Assembly (NCBI GenBank): GCA_963823415.1
Contig: CAWGLJ010000009.1
Span: 247,748 to 311,747 of the forward strand
Source of the DNA: an uncultured Gammaproteobacteria bacterium
GTDB lineage: Bacteria > Pseudomonadota > Gammaproteobacteria > Steroidobacterales > Steroidobacteraceae
Reading direction: 5' to 3'
Length of the DNA stretch: 64,000 nt
Below the pieces are notes generated by a model that was given only the letters and a program-made list of their open reading frames with translations, made no database searches and was not told the DNA's origin. The stretch's first letter is position 1; each line of letters starts with the position of its first letter. The translations under genes were made by a program, and so were the position numbers. Shown here one piece after another: positions 19,609 to 28,341 of this stretch.

Positions 19609-19863
19609 GTGCTAGAACTTCGGCCGGGTTGCGAGTGCTGTGATGTCGACCTGCCGCCAGATGCGACAGATGCCTACATTTGTAGCTTCGAGTGCACTTT
19701 CTGCCGTTCATGTGCGGAAACCAGACTTCACGGCAAGTGTCCGAATTGCGGAGGCAAACTGATGCAGCGTCCTCCTCGACCTATCGAATTGCTTCAGCGG
19801 CATCCGGCATCGACCCGTCGCACTTTCAAGCCGTCCGGTTGTCCGCCGCGCGATGCGGTCTAA
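19609..19863 (+). CDS. DUF1272-type small Cys-rich (zinc-ribbon-like) protein, cassette-borne
   Basis: GTG 19609 is preceded by GGAGG. Sequence: LELRPGCECCDVDLPPDATDAYICSFECTFCRSCAETRLHGKCPNCGGKL. The stop TAA lies inside the attC1 inverse core GTCTAAC. Confidence 0.7.
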   Translation: MLELRPGCECCDVDLPPDATDAYICSFECTFCRSCAETRLHGKCPNCGGKLMQRPPRPIELLQRHPASTRRTFKPSGCPPRDAV

Positions 19864-19983
19864 CTATGCGTTGGAGCGGTCCGTGAGAGCTTGCGGGTGG
19901 CGCGCCGCAGGCGCGCGAAGAGATTTTACGCCTGCGGCGCGCTGCAACGGCCGCACGTGCGCCGCTCAACGCGGACGTCAGAC
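19858..19983 (+). repeat. attC site 1 (126 bp)
   Basis: GTCTAAC-TATGC-GTTGGAGCGG...CCGCTCAAC-GCGGAC-GTCAGAC. It has an RYYYAAC inverse core and a GTTRRRY-like core, and its arms pair with one unpaired G. The central part carries a 12-bp perfect hairpin (19902-19913 / 19929-19940). Confidence 0.7.
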
Positions 19984-20004
19984 GTCATTCAGCTTGGAGG
20001 TTGC

Positions 20005-20437
20005 ATGAGGCGATTATTGATCTTACTGGTGGCGGCTCTGGGACTCGTCACCGCCGAGGCCGCGACACTCCAGGCCGATGCAGACGTCCGCGCGTTTGCT
20101 GATCGCGTCATGGCAAAGGTCGCGAAGGCCGATCTGCCAGGTGCGTTCGCCGAAATGAAGCCGTACACCATCATCCCGCCAACGGAGTTCGATGCGGCTG
20201 CACTTCAATCGAAGTCGCAGCGCGACCTGGTTGGCACGCGCTTTGGCGCCACGATTGGCTATGAATTCATCAGTGAGAAACGCAGCGGCCAGTCCTTGTT
20301 GAAGCTGACATATATCGAAATGACGGAGCGCCATGCCATACCGTGGATTTTCTACTTCTATAGATACGCCGGATGGCTGGGTACTGAATTCCTTCTTCTG
20401 GCACGATCGAATGACGGATCTGCTGACTGGTCAATGA
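20005..20437 (+). pseudogene. hypothetical secreted protein (signal peptide), cassette-borne; one frame change near 20371
   Basis: ATG 20005 follows GGAGG. Signal peptide MRRLLILLVAALGLVTAEA. After ..IPWIFYFYRYA the alternative frame reads DGWVLNSFFWHDRMTDLLTGQ* and stops at 20435-20437, 1 nt before attC2. The uncorrected ORF instead runs into attC2 and ends at 20481. Confidence 0.55.
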
Positions 20438-20438
20438 C

Positions 20439-20518
20439 ACCTGACCATGCGTTGGAGCAGTCCGTGAAGCCTTGCGGGTGACGTGCCCCGAGCAGCCTGC
20501 TCGACGCGGACGTTAGGA
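20439..20518 (+). repeat. attC site 2 (80 bp)
   Basis: ACCTGAC-CATGC-GTTGGAGCAG...CTGCTCGAC-GCGGAC-GTTAGGA. It has the same architecture as attC1 with a shorter variable centre. There is a compensatory arm change relative to attC1 (GAGCAG:CTGCTC versus GAGCGG:CCGCTC). Confidence 0.7.
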
Positions 20519-20526
20519 GGGATGAC

Positions 20527-20688
20527 GTGGCGAAGTGGCACCCTTGCTCCGATGTGGGTGCATTCATTCGCCATGGGGCAGGTTGCCGGGCATTACTTCA
20601 GGAAGGTCGAGTCGTTAATGACAACGCCTTGTACGTTTTCAAGGCACTCAGTCAGGAACTGGTGCGCGCAAGAATCAAAGTCAGGTGA
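20527..20688 (+). CDS. candidate 53-codon ORF at the start of the next cassette-like unit (unknown function)
   Basis: GTG 20527 lies 6 nt after a perfect AGGAGG (20515-20520). It encodes MAKWHPCSDVGAFIRHGAGCRALLQEGRVVNDNALYVFKALSQELVRARIKVR and ends 3 nt before the DUF302 ATG. It is below the ORF-track length cutoff and I recognise no homology. Confidence 0.25.
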   Translation: MAKWHPCSDVGAFIRHGAGCRALLQEGRVVNDNALYVFKALSQELVRARIKVR

Positions 20689-20691
20689 TCC

Positions 20692-21075
20692 ATGTACTAC
20701 CTCGTTGAGACCGGAAAATCATTCGACCAGGCGGCGGCAGATCTTGAAGCGGCAGTCAATCGCCTGGGCTTCGGAGTCCTGCATGTCCACGACCTGGGCA
20801 CCACGCTTCGGAGCAAGGGGATTGCATTTGAAGAGCAGTGCAAGGTTTTCGAGGTCTGCAATCCAAAGCAGGCTGCCAGGGTGTTGTCCACCGACATGCG
20901 CCTGAATATGGCCTTGCCGTGTCGCATATCGGTGTTCACGGAGAAGGGCAAGACGAAGATCGGCCTCATCAAGCCCGTGCAGATGCTTTCGGCCCTGTCG
21001 AAGGATGCGGCGTTGGTACAGGTTGCCAACGAGGTCGAGGCAAAGACCATTCAGATGGTCGACGAAGCGAAATGA
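20692..21075 (+). CDS. DUF302 domain protein
   Basis: Intact 127-aa ORF MYYLVETGKSFDQAAADLEAAVNRLGFGVLHVHDLG...FEVCNPKQAARVL..MALPCRISVF, the typical DUF302 sequence. Confidence 0.8.
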   Translation: MYYLVETGKSFDQAAADLEAAVNRLGFGVLHVHDLGTTLRSKGIAFEEQCKVFEVCNPKQAARVLSTDMRLNMALPCRISVFTEKGKTKIGLIKPVQMLSALSKDAALVQVANEVEAKTIQMVDEAK

Positions 21076-21105
21076 TGACGCAGCTTGCTGCGTAAGGACA
21101 GATCG

Positions 21106-21426
21106 ATGCTCACTTCGACAACGTTCGAGATAACCGGAGCGCGAACCGTGAAGTCATTGGGAGTGGTTCGCGGAATCACCGTCAGGACGCGGTCGCTTCC
21201 CATGACCATCGTCGGTGGAATTCGCACGATATTCGGCGGCAAGGCCGGCATCTTCACGACGCTGTGCGAAACAGCCAGGGAGGAGGCTTTCGAGCTCATG
21301 AAGGCGCACGCAAAGCAGCTGGGCGCCAATGCCGTGGTTGGGGTCCGGTATGACACCGGCCCAATGGTCGGCGCTGCAGAGGTCTTGTGCTACGGCACCG
21401 CTGTCCTCATCGAGCCAGCTTCGTGA
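21106..21426 (+). CDS. ybjQ: YbjQ/UPF0145 family (putative heavy-metal-binding) protein
   Basis: MLTSTTFEITGARTVKSLGVVRGITVRTRS...[40 protein letters not shown]...LCYGTAVLIE, with a full-length family look. Confidence 0.8.
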   Translation: MLTSTTFEITGARTVKSLGVVRGITVRTRSLPMTIVGGIRTIFGGKAGIFTTLCETAREEAFELMKAHAKQLGANAVVGVRYDTGPMVGAAEVLCYGTAVLIEPAS

Positions 21427-21851
21427 CGCTCGCGCAATCGCGCGACCAACTCATACGCCTGGCTGTGCTTCTGATGGTGTATCTGGTCGCCAGCCTCCTG
21501 CACTTCGCGCATAACGCGGAATTCCTCGGCGACTACCCCAATCTGCCGACCGGGCTGACTCGGTCGGATGTCTATTTCGTCTGGATGGGGCAAGCGGCCA
21601 TCGGGGTGGTCGGCTTTGCTCTCTATCTCCGCGGTCGGCAGACGCCTGGTCTCCTGCTCATCGGACTCTTCGCTGCCTTCGGTTTCGACGGACTCCTCCA
21701 TTACTCCCGGGCTCCCTTCGGCGCACACACGGTCGCAATGAATTTCACGATCTGGTTTGAGGTCGCCGCCGCTGGCGTGCTGCTGGTCGCCGTGGTATTT
21801 GCGCTCGTTAGACGCCGGTATGGCGCGCCGGTTTCCCCTGGCGTACCGTAG
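21423..21851 (+). CDS. hypothetical integral membrane protein (about four predicted helices)
   Basis: The GTG at 21423 overlaps the ybjQ stop (GTGA). Hydrophobic segments: [55 protein letters not shown]. Confidence 0.55.
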   Translation: MTLAQSRDQLIRLAVLLMVYLVASLLHFAHNAEFLGDYPNLPTGLTRSDVYFVWMGQAAIGVVGFALYLRGRQTPGLLLIGLFAAFGFDGLLHYSRAPFGAHTVAMNFTIWFEVAAAGVLLVAVVFALVRRRYGAPVSPGVP

Positions 21852-21895
21852 CGGCCGGCCGGACCCAGATCCGGGCGTCTCAACAGGGGGGTGGC

Positions 21896-22593
21896 ATGAA
21901 CAAGTATTTCGCCGAGTTCTTCGGCACGTTCTGGCTGGTGCTCGGCGGCTGCGGCAGCGCGGTGCTGGCGGCGGCGTTTCCCGAGGTCGGCATCGGCCTG
22001 CTCGGCGTCTCGCTCGCCTTCGGCCTCACGGTCCTGACGATGGCCTTCGCGATCGGCCACATCTCCGGTTGCCACCTCAACCCGGCGGTTTCCATCGGGC
22101 TCTGGGTCGGGCGGCCGCTTCCCGGCGAGCCAGCTCGTCCCGTACATCGTCGCCCAGGTGCTCGGCGGCATCGTCGCGGGCGGCGTGCTCTACCTGATCG
22201 CGAGCGGCAAGGCGGGCTTCGACGTCATCGGCCGGCTTCGCCTCGAACGGCTACGGCGAACACTCGCCGGGCGGGTACTCGCTGCAGGCCGCGCTCGTCA
22301 CCGAAGTCGTGATGACGATGATGTTCCTGGTCATCATCCTCGGCGCGACGGACAAGCGGGCGCCGCAGGGCTTCGCGCCGATCGCGATCGGCCTCGCGCT
22401 GACGCTGATCCACCTCATCAGCATCCCGGTGACCAACACCTCGGTGAACCCGGCGCGCAGCACGGGCGTCGCGGTGTTCGTCGGCGACTGGGCCGTCTCG
22501 CAGCTCTGGCTCTTCTGGGTGGCGCCGATCCTGGGCGGCATGCTCGGCGCGGTCGTCTACCGGATCATCGGCGGCAGCGGCGACCGAGCCTGA
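21896..22593 (+). pseudogene. aqpZ: aquaporin Z; at least two frame changes
   Basis: [23 protein letters not shown]...[17 protein letters not shown] lies in ORF 21896. [37 protein letters not shown] lies in the frame of ORF 22158. [15 protein letters not shown]...[13 protein letters not shown]...[12 protein letters not shown] lies in ORF 22309-22593. Both NPA boxes are present. Confidence 0.9.
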
Positions 22594-23133
22594 GTGACGC
22601 CCGACCAGGTACTCCGCTTCTGGTTCGAGGAAACGCCGCCGAAGGCCTGGTGGACGGTCGATGCGGCGTTCGACCGGACGCTGACGGCGCGCTTCGGCGA
22701 GCTGTTGTGCCGGGCGGCTGCCTGCGAGTTGAACAGCTGGCGGATCGATGCGCGCGGAAGGCTCGCGGAGATCGTCGTCCTCGACCAGTTCTCGCGCAAC
22801 ATCCACCGGGATACGGCGCGGGCGTTCGCGCAGGACGCCATGGCGCTGGTCCTGGCGCAGGAAGCGGTCGCGGCTGGCGCGCTGGCGCAGCTGCCGCCGA
22901 TCCAGCGCGCCTTCCTGCTGCTGCCGTACATGCACAGCGAGTCCCGCCTGATCCACGCGCAGGCGGAAGCGCTGTACCGCGAGCACGCGCCGCCCGAGAA
23001 CTTCGACTTCGAGCTGCGCCACAAGGCGATCATCGACCGCTTCGGGCGCTACCCGCACCGCAACGCGATTCTCGGACGCGCTTCGACGCCGGAGGAAATC
23101 GAATTCCTCCGGACGCCGGGCTCGAGTTTCTGA
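22594..23133 (+). CDS. DUF924 family protein
   Basis: Intact 179-aa ORF starting at GTG. Motifs: [48 protein letters not shown]. Confidence 0.8.
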   Translation: MTPDQVLRFWFEETPPKAWWTVDAAFDRTLTARFGELLCRAAACELNSWRIDARGRLAEIVVLDQFSRNIHRDTARAFAQDAMALVLAQEAVAAGALAQLPPIQRAFLLLPYMHSESRLIHAQAEALYREHAPPENFDFELRHKAIIDRFGRYPHRNAILGRASTPEEIEFLRTPGSSF

Positions 23134-23146
23134 ATCGCGTGTCGGG

Positions 23147-24039
23147 CTAAGCGGTCGCGACCGCCGTCGTCAGCACCATGCCGACGAGCACGGCGACGAT
23201 CCCGCCCCATTGCAGCCGGGTGGGCCGTTCCTTGAGCACTGCCCAGGCGAACGCGATCGTCACCACGGGGTAGGCGCCTGCGAGCGGCGTCACCAGCGAC
23301 GCGGGCCCGTGCTTGTAGGCGATCGCGACCAGCAGGCTCCCGAGCGCCATGGTCGCCATCGGCCCGGCCGAGCGCACAACACTCGGCGCGCGTCGCGCTG
23401 CGCGCGGCGCCTTGCAGCAACACCATACAGGCCGAGCGTCATCAGCCCGCCGATCGCGATGAAGAGCGCGAGGTTCGCCTCGTGCGCGGCCGGGAAGCTG
23501 TACGCGTAGCGGATCAGCGTGCCGCTCACGCCCCAGATGACGAGCGCGGCGCCGGCGTAGAGCTTCCAGCGTCCGCTCGTCGGCTTCGCTCGAGTCCGGC
23601 GGCGACCAGGCGAGCGCCAGGCAGCCGGCCAGCACGGCCGCGACGCCGAGGCCCTGCATCGCGGTCAGGTCTTCACCCAGGAAGTAGCGCGCGAAGATGA
23701 CGGTCAGGGCAGGGTAGGCCGCGGACAGCGTGCCGACGATGGAGATCGGGCCGTAGGTCAGCGACTGGTAGTAGAAGATCCACGCGATGCCGTCGAGCAC
23801 GTAGGCGAGCAGTCCCCAGAACGCGAACTCCCGGCCCTCGGCCGCGAACGGCGGCGGCGCATCGTGGAAGCGACCAGAACGCCACGTTCACGATCGCGTT
23901 GGCGATCGCGTAGTAGAGGCAGAAGCGCGCGGCGGAGACTTCGCCGATGTACTTCTTGACGAGGCCCTGCGCGAGTCCCCAGGCGAAGAGCGCCCCGAGC
24001 GTCGGCGCGAGCCAGGGAAGTTGCCCGACAGCTGCTCAT
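23147..24039 (-). pseudogene. EamA/DMT-family transporter; several frame changes
   Basis: Fragments: PWLAPTLGALFAWGLAQGLVKKYIGEVSAARFCLYYAIANAIVNVA (23890-24020), MLDGIAWIFYYQSLTYGPISIVGTLSAAYPALTVIFARYFLGEDLTAMQGLGVAAVLAGCLALAW, and the C-terminus LVTPLAGAYPVVTIAFAWAVLKERPTRLQWGGIVAVLVGMVL. Confidence 0.75.
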
Positions 24040-24052
24040 CGGATTCCCGGCG

Positions 24053-25370
24053 CTAGTTCGACAGCGTGCCGCGGGGCGCCTGCGCGCCGCCCGGCGACTT
24101 CACCACCTTGCCGCCGATCATCACGAACTCGACGCGCTCGAGCGCCTTCATGTCCTCGAGCGGGTTGCCGCTGACGGCGACGAGGTCCGCGAGCTTGCCG
24201 GCCTGCACGGTGCCGAGCCGGTCGTCCCAGCGCAGCAGTTCCGCGCCGACGCGCGTGCCGGCCTGGATCGCCTGCATCGGCGTGAGGCCGGCCTCGACCA
24301 GGACCGTCATCTCGCGCACGAACACGACCGGGTCGGTCATGTAGCCGCCGAGGTCCACGCCGACGGCGATCTTGACGCCCTGCTGGTGCGCGCGGCCGAC
24401 GGCGGCCAGGAACTTGCGGGCGCTGGTTCGCGGCGTAGTCGTCCTGCTTGTCCTGCGCGCGCAGCTTGTCGCCTTCCGTGTAGTAGTCGCCGACGTAGAT
24501 GGTCGGCACGAGGAACGTGCCCTTCGCCGCCATCATCTGGATGCCTTCGTCGTCGATGAAGGTGCCGTGCTCGATGGACCGCACGCCGGCGGCGACGGCC
24601 TGCTTGATGCCTTCGGCGGCGTGGGCGTGCGCGGCGACCGGCACGTTGTGCCGGCTCGCTTCCTCGACGGCCGCGCGCAGCTCTTCCGGGCTGAACGCGA
24701 CGTTGCGCGGGTCGTCGCCGACCGACTGGTAGGCACCGGTGACCAGCAGCTTGATCCAGTCGGAGCCGAACTTGATCTCCTCGCGGATGGCCTTGCGGAT
24801 CTCCTCCGGGCCGTCCGCGACCAGCCCGTCGGCGATCACGTGCTGCTCGGGCGAGATGTAGTTGACGTCGCCGCCGCCGCCGGTGATCGAGATGTAGTGA
24901 CCGGCGCCGGTCAGGCGCGGCGCAATGAAGATGCCGTTGTCGACGGTCTTGCGGATGTCCTGGTTCGCGTAGAAGACGTCCGCATCGCCCATGACGCGCA
25001 CGGTCGTCCAGCCCGCGAGCAGCTGGCGCTGCAGCGCGGCGAGCCCCATCAGCGCCTTGTAGGCGGAGGACGCCTGCAGGTGCGCGTTCTGGTAGTCGTC
25101 GCCGTACATCAGCGGATGTTCGTGGCAGTTGATGAAGCCGGGCATCAGGGTCTGGCCGGGCAGCTCGATGACCTTCGCGCCCGCGGGAATGACCGAGCGG
25201 TCGCCGACCGCGACGATGCGCTCGCCGTCCACGACCACGACGGTGTTGGTCCGGGCGCGATCGCCGACGCCGTCGATCACGCGTTCCGCAATGAGCGCCA
25301 CGGGTTCGGCAGCGGCCAGGCCGCACCACAGGATTGCCGACAACGACAACAGGGCGACGCTCGATTTCAT
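24053..25370 (-). pseudogene. secreted amidohydrolase-superfamily metallohydrolase (signal peptide); one frame change
   Basis: MKSSVALLSLSAILWCGLAAA, then PGFINCHEHP..., KLLVTGA, VAAHAHAAEGI and IEHGTF lie in ORF 24036-25532. The C-terminus GLTPMQAIQAGT..GKLADLVAV lies in ORF 24053-24358. The switch is near 24360-24420. Confidence 0.8.
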
Positions 25371-25428
25371 GCGGGCTCCGGATTGCTGGCAGAACGGTGC
25401 GCCATCATAATCGTGAAAAGGGGAATAC

Positions 25429-26600
25429 GTGGTGGATCTGGCTCGCTTGCGGCGCGACCGCCTCGCGAAGGTGCAGCGCGCCATGGCCGCGCACGACCTC
25501 GGCGCGCTCGTCCTGACGGACATCGTCAACATCCGCTACTGCACGGGCGTCGCCGTCATGCCGCTGTGGACGGCGGTCAACATCGCGCACTACGTGGTCG
25601 TCCCGGTCACGGGCGATCCGGTCATCTTCGAGTACGGCGGGGCGGAGTTCCGCCAGCGCGCCTTCTGGCCGGACGTGCGGCCCTCGATGTTCTGGCAGGC
25701 GCGCGTGACCGATTCGGATTCGCCGGGCAAGGCGGCGGCCTGGGCGGTTCAGATCCAGGGCGTGCTCAGGGAAAAAGGCCTCGCCGGCGAGCGGATCGGC
25801 ATCGACGTGCTCGACTACAACGGGTATTGCGTCCCTGCAGGCGCTCGGCTTGCAGCTCGCGGACGCCGACCGGGCGATGTCCACGGCACGCATCATCAAG
25901 CTGCCGGACGAAGTCGAGTTGATGCGCCGCTCCTGCGCGGTCGTCGAGACCGCGCTCGCCGAAATGGAGCAGGCGATCCGTCCCGGGATCTCCGAGAACG
26001 AGCTGCTCGCCATCTTCTGGCACCGGATCCTGGCGCTGGGCGGCGAGCATTGCTTCACGCGCCTGCTCGTCTCCGGCCAGAAGACCAATCCCTGGCTTCA
26101 CGAGGCGGACGGAAAGCTCGTCGAGCCGGGCGATCTCGTCGCCATCGATACGGACACGATCGGTCCCGAGGGTTACGTGGCCGATTTCTCGCGCACCTTC
26201 CTGTGCGGCGAGAAGGCGAGTGCGGAACAGCGCGAAGCCTACAAGGTGGCCCACGACTTCGTGCGCGGCTGCTCGGAGCTGATCAGGCCGGGACTCGCGT
26301 TTTCGGACTTCGTCGCGCGCTGCCCGGTGCTTCCGGCGGCGTATCGCGAGCAGGGCTACGGCGTGATCCTGCACGGCATCGGCGTGGACGACGAATCGCC
26401 GAACATTCCGCTGCCGGGCGATCCCTACACCGAGATGCCGGAAGGGGAGTTCAGGGAGAACATGGTCCTGGCCGTCGAGTGCTACGCCGGCAAGGTCGGC
26501 GCGCGGGACGGCGTCAAGCTCGAGGACGAAGTCTGGGTGTCCGCCGACAGGTCCGGTGGTACTTTCCCGGTATCCGTATGACTCCAAACTGCTGGGTTGA
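25429..26600 (+). pseudogene. M24-family metallopeptidase (Xaa-Pro dipeptidase/creatinase-like); two frame changes
   Basis: The N-terminal domain lies in ORF 25429. The catalytic domain lies in ORF 25850-26581 (GDLVAIDTDTIGPEGYVADFSRTF, HGIGV, ENMVLAVE). The last residues read better as PVVLSRYPYDSKLLG* in a third frame, with the stop at 26598-26600. Confidence 0.75.
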
Positions 26601-26603
26601 ATC

Positions 26604-28106
26604 ATGAAGCGCACGCTTTCGCTCGCCGTCCTTTCCCTCGCGCTCGGCTCCCCGGGCGTCATCGCCGAAGGCGAGCGCTTCGGGCCTGCCGACCCGGTCG
26701 TCAAGGATGCGACCCAGCTCGATCCGAAGCGGCCGATCGAGGCCGAGATGCAGGCGAGCGTGCCGGACGGCTTCACGGCCGCCGCCGTCGGCGACCTCAT
26801 CATCTCGCGCCCGCTGTCGCAGGTTGCGCCGCAGGTGCCGGCCTTCGCCGCCGTCATCGAGATCCTGCGCGGCACGAACGTCACCTTCGGCAACCTCGAG
26901 ACGACGATCTTCGACCCGCGCACCTTCGAGGGCGCGCCGTACTCCTGGGACGGCGACTGGACCAACGCCTCCGTGCCGGCGGTCGCCTACGACCTGAAGT
27001 CGATGGGCTTCTCGCTCGTCGGCCGCGCGAACAACCACAGCCAGGACTGGGGCCTCGAAGGCATGCGCGAGACCGCGAAGTGGCTCGACGACGCCGACAT
27101 CGCCCACGCCGGCGCCGGCGACTCGCACCGCATGGCGCGCGCGCCCGCGTACTTCGAAAGTCCGGCGGGCCGCATCGGGCTCGTGTCGATCGCCTCGACG
27201 TTCCGGCCGACCAGCGAGTCGCTGCCGCCCGCGCCGACCGCGCCGGGCCGGCCGGGGCTCAGCGCGCTGCGCGTGCGCGCGACCGTCGCGGCGCCGAAGT
27301 CCGCCGTCGAGGCGCTCGCCAGGGCGCAGTGCGCGCTGAACGGCAAGCACTGCGATGGCGCGCCGAAGCAGGGCAGCCTGTTCGGCACTTCGTACCGCCA
27401 GGCCGACCGCCTCTCGTACGAGTACACGATGGATCCCGGCGATCTCGCCGAGATCCATGCCGCCGTCCGGGCCGCCCAGCTCAATGCCGACTTCGTGATC
27501 GTCGCGATCCACGCGCACGAATGCTCGCTCGGCTGCGACGGCGACAACGCGCCGCGCGGGGCGGCGGATTTCCTCAAGGAACTGGCGCGCGGCGCGATCG
27601 ACTCCGGCGCGGACATGTTCGTGACCACGGGCAACCACAATCTCGGCCCGATGGAGATCTACGATTCGCCGAATCGCGGCAAGCGGCCGATCTTCTACGG
27701 GCTCGGCAACTTTTTCTGGAGCGACGTGCAGGAGCTGCTGCCGGCCGACCTGTTCGCCAGGAACCGCGAGCTGCTCGCCAAGACCTGGCAGAACCCGCAG
27801 CGTGCGACCGAGTACGACCTGACCGCACCGCTCAACGCGGGATACTTCGCGAATGCCTTCACGTTCCAGAGCGTGATTGCACAGGTCCGCTTCAGCGGCA
27901 ACGAGCTCTCGGAAGTCGTGCTGCATCCCGTCGAGCTCGGCTACGGCGACCGGCTGACGATGAGCGGGATCCCGCGGCTGGTCACGGACGGTGCGGCCGC
28001 ACGCGAGATCACCGACCAGATCGTGAAGCAGACCGCGCAGTTCGGGCTGCCGGAACTCGGGCTCCGCCATGACGGAGCCCGCGCCGTGATCACGATCCGG
28101 CGTTAA
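26604..28106 (+). CDS. CapA/PGA_cap-family (metallophosphoesterase-fold) secreted protein
   Basis: Intact 500-aa ORF with a signal peptide MKRTLSLAVLSLALGSPGVIA. Motifs: AAVGDLIISRP, FGNLETT, VGRANNHSQDWG, VAIHAHE and TTGNHN. Confidence 0.75.
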   Translation: MKRTLSLAVLSLALGSPGVIAEGERFGPADPVVKDATQLDPKRPIEAEMQASVPDGFTAAAVGDLIISRPLSQVAPQVPAFAAVIEILRGTNVTFGNLETTIFDPRTFEGAPYSWDGDWTNASVPAVAYDLKSMGFSLVGRANNHSQDWGLEGMRETAKWLDDADIAHAGAGDSHRMARAPAYFESPAGRIGLVSIASTFRPTSESLPPAPTAPGRPGLSALRVRATVAAPKSAVEALARAQCALNGKHCDGAPKQGSLFGTSYRQADRLSYEYTMDPGDLAEIHAAVRAAQLNADFVIVAIHAHECSLGCDGDNAPRGAADFLKELARGAIDSGADMFVTTGNHNLGPMEIYDSPNRGKRPIFYGLGNFFWSDVQELLPADLFARNRELLAKTWQNPQRATEYDLTAPLNAGYFANAFTFQSVIAQVRFSGNELSEVVLHPVELGYGDRLTMSGIPRLVTDGAAAREITDQIVKQTAQFGLPELGLRHDGARAVITIRR

Positions 28107-28332
28107 CCGGGGCGGTGACGCGGGCGACGACCTTCCGCACCCAGGGCGCCACGAGCGTCACTGCCACGAAGGCGACCGGCCAGGTCGTGGCGCAACTGCG
28201 AATCCACTGCGCCGCGAATCCCGGTCCCACGCCCTGGCTGGTCGCCAGCACGAAGGCGGATACGATCGAAACCATGAACACGGACAGCAAGGCTCCAAAG
28301 ACGATCGGTGCAAATCGGGCGGGAATGCGCAT
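28090..28332 (-). CDS. DUF2798 family small membrane protein
   Basis: Intact 80-aa ORF MRIPARFAPIVFGALLSVFMVSIVSAFVLA...WIRSCATTWPVAFVAVTLVAPWVRKVVARV. Confidence 0.7.
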   Translation of the reverse strand: MRIPARFAPIVFGALLSVFMVSIVSAFVLATSQGVGPGFAAQWIRSCATTWPVAFVAVTLVAPWVRKVVARVTAPVNAGS

Positions 28333-28341
28333 GTCGTTCTC

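Larger units (their letters stand above)
19553..20518 (+). mobile_element. integron-type gene-cassette array without an integron integrase (CALIN-like): attC remnant, DUF1272 cassette, attC1, secreted-protein cassette, attC2
   Basis: See the attC features below. Both ORFs are co-oriented with, and immediately followed by, RYYYAAC...GTTRRRY structured repeats. No intI is present in the window. Confidence 0.6.

Noticed and set aside
20611-20667. A possible third attC (hairpin GCCTTG-tacgtttt-CAAGGC followed by GTCAGGA)
   Set aside because: There is no RYYYAAC-type inverse core complementary to the preceding GTTAGGA boundary, no L-box pairing with an extrahelical base, and the stretch lies inside the candidate small ORF. 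It is probably coincidental.
19380-21890. An integron integrase, attI or Pc promoter belonging to the cassette array
   Set aside because: I looked on both strands of the insert and its flanks. The neighbours are fhs and aqpZ, and no tyrosine-recombinase-like ORF exists anywhere in the window. The array is therefore reported as integrase-less rather than as a complete integron.
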